DNA of 64,000 nucleotides from Okamejei kenojei (taxonomy: Eukaryota). Shown here in pieces: positions 37,195 through 48,147 of the stretch (its first letter is position 1; every line of letters begins with the position of its first letter). The position numbers were made by a program, and so were the translations under genes. The notes under the pieces are model-generated. The model worked only from the letters and a program-made list of their open reading frames with translations. It had not been told where the DNA came from and did no database searches. The DNA is taken from assembly GCA_035221665.1 (NCBI GenBank), contig CM069155.1, forward strand, positions 40,858,001 to 40,922,000, read 5' to 3'.

Positions 37195-37469
37195 CCATAT
37201 AAATATCATGGCTACAAAGAGCAGGTCACATGATGGCTATCATCTGACAGGATAGTACTGCACAGGAACAGGCCTTTCGGTCCACAATGTTTGTAGCAAA
37301 AAGAATATGATCCCAATATTTTAACTCCAACTGCAATTAAGCACAATGCCATTTATTTCACTCCAGCCAGATAATTTTGTACAGGTTGATTTGTTGACTG
37401 TAGTACATGAAAAGAACAATAAAGAAATTATGCTTTCAGGAGCTTAAATACATTTAAAATAATGATAAA

Positions 37470-38282
37470 AGATACAAAGTGCTGGAGTAACTCAGTGGGT
37501 CAAGTAGCATCTCTGGAGAACATGGTTAAGAGACATTTCGAGTCGGACCCTTCCGCAGATCAATTGTAGTAGGGAGGAGAAATCTGGAAGAGAGGTTGGG
37601 ATGGGACAAGGCTATCAAGTGATGGGTGAATACAAGTGAGAGAGAATACTGATCGGCAGCTGGATGGACAAAGGACAGAGATGAAAATACCAAAAAGTGA
37701 GAGATAAGGATAGAAGAAGCATAAATGTGGTTAGAAAAAGGAATACAGGTGGAAGGGGATTGGGAGAGGAGAGGGGAATTGGAAGTGCATACAGATGGGG
37801 CACAGGGAAGAGAAGTTGGAAAATGGGGAGCAAATGGGGAGGGGGGTGTTAGTAGGTAAGTTATCTAAAATTGGAGAATTCAATGTTCATACCGTTGGGT
37901 TGCAAGCACCCCAAGTGAAATAAGAAGCTCTCTTCTTTCTATTTGCTTGTGGCCTCACTCTGACAATGAAAGAGGTCCAGGACTGAAAGGTCAGTATGGG
38001 AATTGGAAGGGTAGTTTAAATAGTTAACAACCAGGAGATCCAGTATGTCCTGGCGGACCGAGCGAGATGGTCACTTAGTCTATGTTTAGTCAGGAGGTAA
38101 AGGGACAACTGTTACATCTCCGGCTGTTGCAGAGAAGAGTACCTGGGGAGGGGGTGGTTTTGGTGGGGAGGGATGAGTGAAGCAAGGAGTTGCGAAGGGG
38201 ATGGGAAGTTGTGACTGGTGTGGTGTGATAGAAGATGGCGGAAACGTCAGGGAATGACATGTTGGATGTGGAGTCTGATGGG
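37470..38282 (-). mobile_element. Penelope-like element 3' fragment (GIY-YIG remnant plus terminus)
   Basis: Terminus gtgctggagtaactcag..gacatttcgagtcggacccttccgcagat; aattcaatgttcatacc..ggcctcactctgacaatg..tatgggaattggaaggg mirrors 6390-6530. Confidence 0.75.
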
Positions 38283-38405
38283 AGGTTGCGGAGAGAAGGC
38301 AGAAGAATGGGGTTGAGAGGAAAATATTCGATTGGTTGACATGATCGATTGGCGGAGCAGACTCGATGGGCCGAATGGCCTCATTCTGCTGCGATATCTT
38401 CTGAT
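38283..38405 (+). mobile_element. CR1 3' UTR fragment
   Basis: ggagagaaggcagaagaatggggttgag..ggcggagcagactcgatgggccgaatggcct. Confidence 0.75.
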
Positions 38406-41292
38406 GGGATGGAAGGTAAAATAAATAAAATTATTTTGTTCTTGCAATTGATCCGGTTATCTTTTCCTCAATCTCTTCATTCCCCCCCCCCCCCAACTGT
38501 TCAATTTTTTTGCATGCATTTATTTAAGAATATAATCTTCAAATTTGTGTTTTTATTTCTCCCTTCTTCCTGGACCTCTGAAGCAAAAAGGTACTTCCAA
38601 AAAACAAGTATTTCAATTGCAGAGCAGTTTTAGAAAATGCATTTCAGTTAAGCAAATGAACAAAATGAAAACGTTGCAGACATTTGTTGACACCCAACAG
38701 TGCATCAAATACAAAAACAGCTTCTGTACTTTTGTCACTATCTCATGTGGGCACTTCCCATGTGGGAAGGTAACTGTTAAGTACAATTCTCAGTGGATCC
38801 CATCAAAATAAATAAATCATACATGGTTGTGTACTTTTCACATACAAGCCATTAAATGGGTTAAGTTCATTGAGAAGCTTTCAAATTCTCCACCGTGGAC
38901 AATAACATACAGAATCTCCTGCTAAATGATTCTATTATATTTGAAGCAAAATCTGTACAGAGCTTCCTTAATCATTATCATAGTAATTTCAAACTGTATG
39001 TGACATACATCCTCAAAACCACTTGTGGGCCTTGAACTGAAAGTGTTAAATTACTTGTTTTGGTAGCCTCTACGTTTGGGAGTCCACCAACAGCACTTCA
39101 GACAAGCAAGGTCAGATGCTTGGTTCAAACTGTATGCTCAATCAGCTAAGAGGCCTGCATTAAAGCCAAGAGAACTGCAGACCAGGTCACATATGGAAAT
39201 CACTAAAGCTATTTCACTTGCCAGAGGTTATTAATAAATCTCCAGCTATTTCCTTAAGTAAATAATAGGATCCCATCTTTCAAACAAGTAAAGTCTGGAT
39301 CTGTTATGGTACCAATTTTATCCTTCCTTTTTTCCCCAACAAAGAGGAAATACAAATCTCTGGTGACAACAATTGCAAACTGTGAATTATAAACATGCAT
39401 GTGTCTTGGTAAAGGGCCTCTTACAATTTTCCTGACAGCTGCTAGTGCCTCATGGTTTATTTAATGGACGCAATATATGTTTTCTCAGGGACTCAGCCGC
39501 TGTGGTAACACTAGCCAGCTGTTGCACTATGATAAAGTTAAACATTCTGAATCAGATATGTAGGCTGAAATTTCACAATAAAATATATGCAGAGCATTGA
39601 ACAACACATTCCCCATTTTATCTCATATAATTAAATACAATATGTGGTTGAAGTAGAAAATGTGATTGATATCTTCTTATAACAATTTAGATTTATAGCC
39701 AAGTTTTAATTTTAGCTGTTATAAAATAAAATGTGTGTGAAAAATTCCTGATCTGGTAAAAAGCAAATGTCAATGGACTTTTGAAATAGATGTTATTTGT
39801 GCCGTACAGTGTTCCTGATATATTATAGGGCCATAATGCAACAGAGGATGGCTTGTGAGTCTCTACTGGCTTTCTATGGAGGAATCCAGTCAGCCCCACT
39901 CCCCAGTTCCAGTCCCAACGTCCTGCAGATCTATTGTGTTCAAAACTATTTAATTTAATTTCATTCTAAAATCACTGTTCTACTTTTACCACTTTCAGAA
40001 GCAAAAAACTGTAAGTCATTACTACTTGTTGCAGAATAAAGTTCTTCCATGTATCTCCTCTGTACCCCCCCCCCCCCCCCCCCCGAGTCCTTGCATCATC
40101 AACTAATGAGAACACATTGTAATCAAAACATTTCTGTCCATATCTGTTTGAGGACATCTTACTTTCCAAAACTACAATGGTTTATCTCATCAGTACAATC
40201 ACCATACTTCCCTTTTCTCTTCAATAACTTTTCTGATCACTTTGTATCCATGAATATTCAGAACCATCCCCTTTTAATCTACAGTTCCATTATTGGTATG
40301 GCAACATATTCCCATATAGCTATCTGTGCCTGCAGCTCATTAACCATGAACACCACGGACCAAGTGGCGCTGTTGACGTAAATGCATTCTTTGTGACTAC
40401 CATGTCTACTACTCTCTGGAATCTTGTACTACTTTCTCTTGTATAATCACCACAGACATGCTCCTTTCTGCACCTTCTGAACCATTTGTACATCTATATG
40501 CTTGTATTCAATCCACCTGCAAATTAGTTTAAACCTATCCCAATTTTACAAAGGTGAGACAGTCCCTTTTAAATTAGGTGATTGCTCACCAATACATGAT
40601 TCAATATCACTCGAACCTGAAGCTATACTATGGTGCAAACCATGCTTTGATCCTCCTCTTCCTCCCATTTTCTAACTTGCTGAAGTGCATAACACTAGAT
40701 GTACTGAAAAGATAATATTTGAGATATTTCTCTTTCTGTCATTGGTATTGGCATGTTCAGAGTACCAGCAAAGATTAGGAAAGGAAATCAGTCAAACTGC
40801 ACTCGCTGCCAAATGAAACCATTATTGGGTTAAAACAAGCATATCTTGTTAGCTCACATTTTCTGCGTATTGGAAGGTGATGACAATTGCTATTGACCGT
40901 GAAGAAGCAAGGCACGGTGTTGCAGTGGTAGAGTTGCTGCCTCATAACTAAACTAAAAAAAACTAAAGCACGAAGCTTTAGGTTGCTCTGTTTCATAGAT
41001 TTTCCAATACCAAATATTGCTTTTAATTGGTTTGAAACATCATGTTGTAAGAAGAGCTTCAGATTCTTAAGGCATTGGACCTGTTCTTGTTAAAATGGGA
41101 CTGTTTTCACCCAACAAGAATGACCAATGCCCACACGGGAGATTTAGTTTACGAGTTTAAATTGGCTTGGGCATGTGGGGGTAGGGAATTAGGCATCGGC
41201 ATACAAGTGTAGAAAAAGAGACAGAAGTTTGCTTAAAGAATATTGATAGCACTAGGTAAGGAATGGACATAAATAAAACAGGATTGCAAAGA

Positions 41293-41390
41293 GTCTGAAG
41301 AATGGTCTCAACCCAAAATGTCATCCATTCCTTCTCTCCAGATATGCTGTCTGTCCCGCTGAGTTACTCCAGCATTTTGTGTCTGCCTAA
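41293..41390 (+). mobile_element. Short Penelope-terminus (hammerhead-like) insertion
   Basis: gtctgaagaatggtctcaacccaaaatgtc...; TSD tgcaaaga at 41285-41292 and 41391-41398. Confidence 0.78.
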
Positions 41391-43814
41391 TGCAAAGACT
41401 GGGCTCAATACCATCACAAAATGGTAATATCATCAATATGGTTGCACAACCAATCAAAATTAAGATTTTTAATGATAACGAACCACGAAATAAAAGGCTT
41501 TAAAAAAAACTAATTTTAAAGAGTGCATTATAAAGATGAAGACATAAACATGGATTGAGGCAGCTGAAGTGCCTTAAACGTTACAGAACAAATCAAATTG
41601 TTTTAAGAAATCCTTGAATATTTCTCTGAAGAAGTGACAATAAATGCAAAGGTAGCTATTTGGAACCAGGGAGGATGTTCCGCACTAATTGTTGTTCTAC
41701 ACTTAAAATCTAGATCATAATGTGTAACATTTGTGTGTAAGCAGTGAAAATAGCGTGTTAAAAAACTTTAAATGTTTTTTTACCGATTTTATATTGATTC
41801 CTCAGCAAAGACTGCAATTGTGCAATGTGTGGCAAAGCAGGAAATCATAAGAGCAGTCTCTGGATTTCTTTATTTAACTATGCATGGGTGTAGTTACTAA
41901 GATAATTCATCTTTTTTAAACAAAAACAGACATTGCCAATAAACTGTTATAGTCATCCAAAATCCCAGGCCAATAAGCGCATCAAAATGAATCATAGTAG
42001 AACGAGGCATTCACAAAAACGGATTGACGGCCAAAACGACAATCCCATTTGGCCTTCAGAGAAACTCTAATGTGACCTTCCTGCTTGATTTCCTTTCCAG
42101 TGATTAGGACATCACTGTTGACAACATTTTGGAAAAGAAAAAGACAGAAAGCAAAGAATAATAATAAATAATGAACTGAAAGAAGAACTGACATCAGCAG
42201 GGGTGATGATAGGGATGTTAACACTTATAGAGTGGGGAAACACTGACTCAGATGCCTGATTGGCACCCAGAGACTCCATTTGATATTCCATGTGAGTACA
42301 TTTGATGATTTAGTTGATATTTGGCAGAGTGCTCCTGAGGTCAAATGGACTGTTTATACTCACCACTTGGGGGTCAGACATAAAGAAGGATAAGGTATGG
42401 GATGTACACAATGGAACCATACTGCAGCAAGGAGCCCACTGCTATTAAGCAAATTAGAAGATAAAAGATAAAATTAACAGAAAAGAAAAAGATCTGCAGA
42501 AAAAACAAATATTTCCAACCAAATAATTGAATTTGGAAAAGTGAACATCTGTTATACAAAGTCAAGCTAGTCTCAAATAGATGCATAAGACCACAAAACT
42601 CTAGTGAAAAAATAAAAGTGAGCAACAGTAGCTCAAAGTCTTTCTACTGACTAGTTAGCACGCAACAAAAGAATTTCACTGTACCTTGGTATACGTGACA
42701 ATAAACCAACCAAAACTGAACTGCTGACCTATAGAAAACTGCACTCTCAACCTTGTTCAGGACTATATGTGCACTTAAACAAAAAAAGGGGGGTTTCCCC
42801 GAACTTAAGATAAAGTCAAGTAGAAATGAAAGAATACATTCATTTAGTACCATGGTAAATACCTTTATGCATGTTCAATGAAGCCCCTGGCCACATTTCA
42901 ACACTTAAAAAATGATGTTTTTGCACAATAGTATTTCACAATTGATGTAAGAAATATTCAGGCTATAACACAGTGTGCTCATTTTTTTCCAAAAAATGTT
43001 ACAAGATATGATTTGACATGGTTAAGTGTCATGAAAGCTGCTGCATACACAGTTTACAAAAGGATAACAATTTATATTCCACTTCTCAGCAAAGGTACAA
43101 TTGTTAAGTCGGATATTTTAGCGTATATCCTCCCCCTTTCTGAATCACAGAAATCAGCAGTTGGCAAGCCGGTAAAAGGGTAACCACAAATCAGCTAAGA
43201 TTATCCAACTTCCTCACAATGTCAGAAATTGTTTACAGCAATATTGAGCCAAGTGGAAGAAATGAGGGGAAAAGCTTTGATCTTGAAATATCAATGCAAA
43301 ACCCAAGCTCCTCCCTCTAGGTTACCAATGAGACCACTGTAATCTCAGCTCTAATCTTATAATTTATTACATATACACTTCACTTCCTTGCCTACATTGT
43401 TGAACAACAAGCTTTAAAAAAATATTTCACTGACAACCAAAATGGATATAATTAGAAGAGAGCTATATGTTCTGATAAAGTACAGTGCCCTCCATAATGT
43501 TTGGGACAAAGACCCATCATTTATATATTTGCCTCTGTGCTTCACAATTTGAGATTTGTAATCACATGTGGTTAAAGTGCATGTCAGATTTTATAAAGCG
43601 TATTTTTACACATTTTGGTTTCATCATGTAGAAATTACATCTGTGTTTATACATAGTCCTCCCATTTCAGGGCACCATAATGTTTGGGACGCATGGCTTC
43701 ACAGGTCTTTGTAATTGCTCAGATGTGTTTAATTTCCTCCTTAATGCAGGAATAAGAGCTCTCAGCACCTAGTCTTTCCATCACCTTTGGAAAGTTTTAT
43801 TGCTGTTTATCAAC

Positions 43815-46463
43815 ATGAGGACAAAAGTTGTGCCAATGAAAGTCAAATAAGCCATTATGAGACTGAGAAACATGAATAAAACTGTTGGGAGACATCAGCC
43901 AAACCTTAGGCTTACCAAAATCAACTGTCTGGAACATCTTTAAAAAGAAAGAGAGCACTGGTGAGCTTAATAATCGGAAAGGGGCTGGCAGGCCAAGGAA
44001 GACCTCCACAGCTGATGACAGAAGAATTCAATTCAATTCAACTTTAATGTCATTGCACAGATACAAGTATGGGTACAACAAAATGCAGTTTAGTGTCAGT
44101 ACGTAGTGATAGCAATATATAGATAAATACAGATAAATAAATACAGATGTGGAAATCTATCGGCGGGACTCCAAGTTCAGCAGTGAGAGGGTGTTATTAT
44201 AGAAGCTGTTCCTCATCCTGCTGGTGCGGGACCTGAGGCTCCTGTACCATCTCCCTGATGGTAGGAGGGCAAACAGTCCATGGTTAGGGTGGGAGGGGTC
44301 CTTGATGATCTTCCCGGCCCGTCTCAGACACCGTTTTCGGTGGAGGGCATCCATGGCAGGGAGCGGGGCACCGATGATGTACTGGGCGGTTTTCACCACC
44401 CGTTGTAGTGCCTTCCTGTCTGCTACGGTGCAACTGCTGTACCAGACCGTAAAGCAGGTGGTCAGGATGCTTTCCATGGTACAGCGGTAAAAGTTGGTCA
44501 GGATCTGGGGGGACAGGTGGGCTTTTTTGAGCCTCCTCAGGAAGTAAAGGCGCTGCTGTGCCTTTTTGATCAGCTTGGAGGTGTTGAGGGACCAGGACAG
44601 ATCCTCCGAGATGTGTACCCCGAGGAATTTGTAGTTGGAGACCCGCTCCACCTCAGTCCCGTTTATATGGATGGGAGTGTGTCTGCCCCCTCTGTTCTTT
44701 CTGAAGTCGACAATGATTTCCTTCGTCTTCTGGGAGTTGAGGACGAGGTTATTATTGGCACACCAGGTTGTCAGGTGCTGGACCTCCTCCCTGTAGGCTG
44801 ACTCGTCGTTGTCGCTGATCAGTCCTACCACCGTGGTGTCGTCGGCAAATTTTATGATGGCGTTGGAGCCATGCTTAGGGATGCAGTCATGGGTGAAGAG
44901 GGAGTAGAGGAGAGGGCTGAGCACACAGCCCTGTGGCACACCGGTGTTCAGTGTTATAGTGGAGGAGGGTGACCCTAACAGACTGGTTTGTTAGTGAGGA
45001 AATCCAGTGTCCAATTGCAGAGGGAGGTGGAGATGCCAAGACCGCTGAGTTTGGTGATCAAGCTAGCGGGTATGACAGTGTTAAAGGCGGAGCTGAAGTC
45101 AATGAACAGCAACCTGATGTAGGTGTTATTGCTGTCCAGGTGGGTCAGGGCCGAGTGTAGGGCCACCAATATGGCGTCCTCTGTAGACCTATTGGTCCGG
45201 TAGGCAAACTGATGGGGGTCCAGTGTGGGGGGGGAGGCTGGCTTTGAGGTGAGCCAAGATCAGCCGCACTTGGCGATGACAGGGGTGAGTGCCACTGGCC
45301 GGAAATCATCGAGACTCCCTGTCATTGATTGTTTGGGCACTGGCATAATGGTAGATGTCTTGAGGCAAGTGGGGACGACACACTGGGCCAGTGACAGATT
45401 GAAAATGTCAGTGAGGACCAGGGATAGTTGTCCAGCACATGCCCTGAGCATCTGCCCGGGGATGCCATCGGGGCCGGCAGCTTTGTGCTCATTCACCTTG
45501 CTCAGTGCATCTTGTACAGCAGAGGTGGAGAGACTGAGGGGTTGTTCATGCGGGGGTGGGGCAACTTTGATGGCTGGGGTTTTGTTGTCCCGGTCAAAGC
45601 GGGCGTAGAAATGGTTTAGCTCGTGTTGACTTTACGGTAATCGGCAATGGATTTGATTCCTCTATAATAAAGAAAACCCCCCCAAACATCTGTCCGAAAG
45701 ATCAGAAACACTCTTCAGGAGTCAGGTGTGGATTTGTCAATGACCACTGTCCGCAGAAGACTTCATGAACAGAAATACAGAGGCTACACTGCAAGATGCA
45801 AACCACTGGTTAAAAATAGGATGGCCGGGTTACAGTTTGCCAAGTGCTTAAAAGAGCAATCACAGTTCCGAAAAAAGGTCTTGTGGACAGATGAGACGAA
45901 GATTAACATATCAGAGTGATGGCAAGAACAAAGTTTGAGAAGGAACTGCCCAAGATCCAAAGTATAGCATCTCATCTGTGAAACACAGTGGTGGGGGTGT
46001 TATGGCCTGGGCATGTATGGCTGCTGAAGGTACTGGCTCACTTATCTTTATTGATGATACAACTGCTGATGGTAGTAGCATAATTAATTCTGACGTGTAT
46101 AGACACATCCTATCTGCTCAAGTTCAAACAAATGCCTCAAAACTCATTGGCAGGCGGTTCATTCTACAGCAAGACAATGAAGCCAAACATACTGCTAAAG
46201 CAACAAAGGAGTTGTTCCAAAGTTAAAAAATAGTCAATACTTGAGTGGCCGTCAATCACCCAATCTGAACCCAATTGAGCATGCCTTTGATATGCTGAAG
46301 AGAAAACTGAAGGGGACTAGCTCCTAAAAACAAGCATAAGCTAAATATGGCTGCAATACAGGCCTGGCAGAGCATCACCAGAGAAGACACCCAGCAACTG
46401 GTGATGTCCATGAATCGCAGACTTCAAGCAGTCATTGCATGCAAAGGATATGCAACAAAATAA
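43815..46463 (+). pseudogene. Tc1 transposase pseudogene (split, with stops and frameshifts)
   Basis: ATG 43815, premature TAA 43848; HTH ISQTLGLPKSTVWNI, GRPRK; TVRRRLHE, VLWTDETK, KHSGGGVMAWACM, ILQQDNEAKH, SPNLNPIE; ends KGYATK*. Confidence 0.92.
44031..45660 (-). mobile_element. Rex1/Babar-clade LINE, 5'-truncated, inserted in the Tc1 transposase
   Basis: 260-aa ORF 44157-44939 PQGCVLSPLLYSLFT..KFADD..LPSGRWYR; upstream pieces [28 protein letters not shown]; (TTGAA)n 3' tail at ~44026-44041. Confidence 0.95.
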
Positions 46464-48107
46464 TAAACATGACTACTTTCTATGTAAGACACTGCTGTAA
46501 TTTCTACATGGTGAAATCAACATGTAAAAAAATGGTCTTTATTACAATCTGACAATTACACTTTATCCACCTGTGATTTTTTCTATTACAAATCTCAAAT
46601 TGTGGAGTACAGAGGCAAATAAATAAATGATGGGTCTTTGTCCCAATCATTATGCAGGGCACTGTATGTTACCGGAAAATTAATTTATATTGCAGGCACA
46701 ACAATTGATTAGCAATATTTATTTTTATAATTTATAAAGGCAACATTTTAACCTGTACTTCTTAACACAACTATTATTTATAGGAGTTACAATTGGAAAT
46801 AGGAAATAGCTTCAGATGGACATCTATTGAATCAGTGCTGCTACAGTATCATTGAAATATTGTACTTCATAGTAATTCTGTGGAATAGTATAAGCAATAT
46901 TAGTTATATTGAACTGTGGCATTTGTAATGGCAAAAATATATACTTGAATTGTTGCTTTATTTTGAATTATTGCTTAATTATTGTTTAATTTTTAAAATG
47001 CCTTTAATATGATCTTATTTAAGAGGTATTATCAATGCTGAAGACAGTGTTTAGGTGCGAAATGCATGCTGTTGCTATTGGCCTATTATGCAGCGAGTGC
47101 CATAAAAGCCTGCCACACTAATGAAACATTTACAAAATTTATGCTTGCAGATGTATGGTTTCCCACTTCCATGTTTACTGTTTCATATCTGCACAGCAGG
47201 CTTCAGAGTAGCTTGTCTGCTATAGTCTACATTTTACATAGGATATTAGATTATTTAATAGAAACAACTGTGTTAATGGGAGGATTAGTTGTACATAATG
47301 GCCAACAGTTAATTTGAAAAATCATTTTAATTTGTGTACAAATTCACAGAACTAAAAGTAGCTTATATTAGCAAACCATTTTTTGGGCAGAGCCAGTATT
47401 GGGGATTAGAGAAGATTGGAAATTGGTTACAGATGTGGAACCTACAGATATAGATAATGGAAATATGGGCATTCAGAATACGAGAAAGTACTCGCATTTA
47501 TCTATTTCTTTTTCCCAGGTTGTCCATTCATACTGTAGATTTGTGATTATGCCAGCTGACTGTCACCACTCACATTATGAACTTAATTCTCTTCAAATAT
47601 ACATACAAGACCACTCAATCATATCCATCAGTGAACATCAACATACTTCTCAATCACCATCCCTGGATATACTCTATGCCATTTAAAAGACTCAGCAATG
47701 GTGTTCATGGCTTAGCTTTGGGAGTCCTCAACATCCTCAAAATAAGATCTATCGCCTCAGGTCAAAAGGTATTTTAAGACACACATATTGGTATTTTCAA
47801 TAATCAATCACATTATAGCTGATAAAAAAAGTTGAAAAACTACAAAAGACACAGCAAAAATATATGGGGCAGAACAATGTTCCATCTGTAATGTTAAAGA
47901 CCCATGCACAACTAGTTGTTCATTGACAAAACTATCTTAATATATGTGCAATAACGCAATTCAAATGACAATGTGCAAGACTGGCTAGGGACGGCAGGTT
48001 CACAAAAAAAGGATAAATCTAACCAAGCCAATTCATGCACTATCAGGCATCATCCTAATCACCAGCAGCGGGAAATAATCTTCAATACTACAATTAAGCA
48101 CTGTGCG

Positions 48108-48114
48108 GTGCGTG

Positions 48115-48145
<31 letters not shown>

Positions 48146-48147
48146 GT
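48108..48147. repeat. Alternating purine-pyrimidine tract (GC/CA microsatellite)
   Basis: gtgcgtgcacgcgcg followed by (CA)n; 40 bp of uninterrupted RY alternation. Confidence 0.85.

Larger units (their letters stand above)
43483..46664 (+). mobile_element. Tc1-family DNA transposon (DD34E type), interrupted by a LINE
   Basis: TA|cagtgccctccataatgtttgggacaaagacccatc ... gatgggtctttgtcccaatcattatgcagggcactg|TA; TIR match over ~160 bp; inner direct repeat ccataatgtttgggac at 43492 and 43675. Confidence 0.95.

Noticed and set aside
40065-40084. Poly-C tracts (also 3687-3703, 38482-38494)
   Set aside because: Simple homopolymers in or near decayed repeats; lengths unreliable
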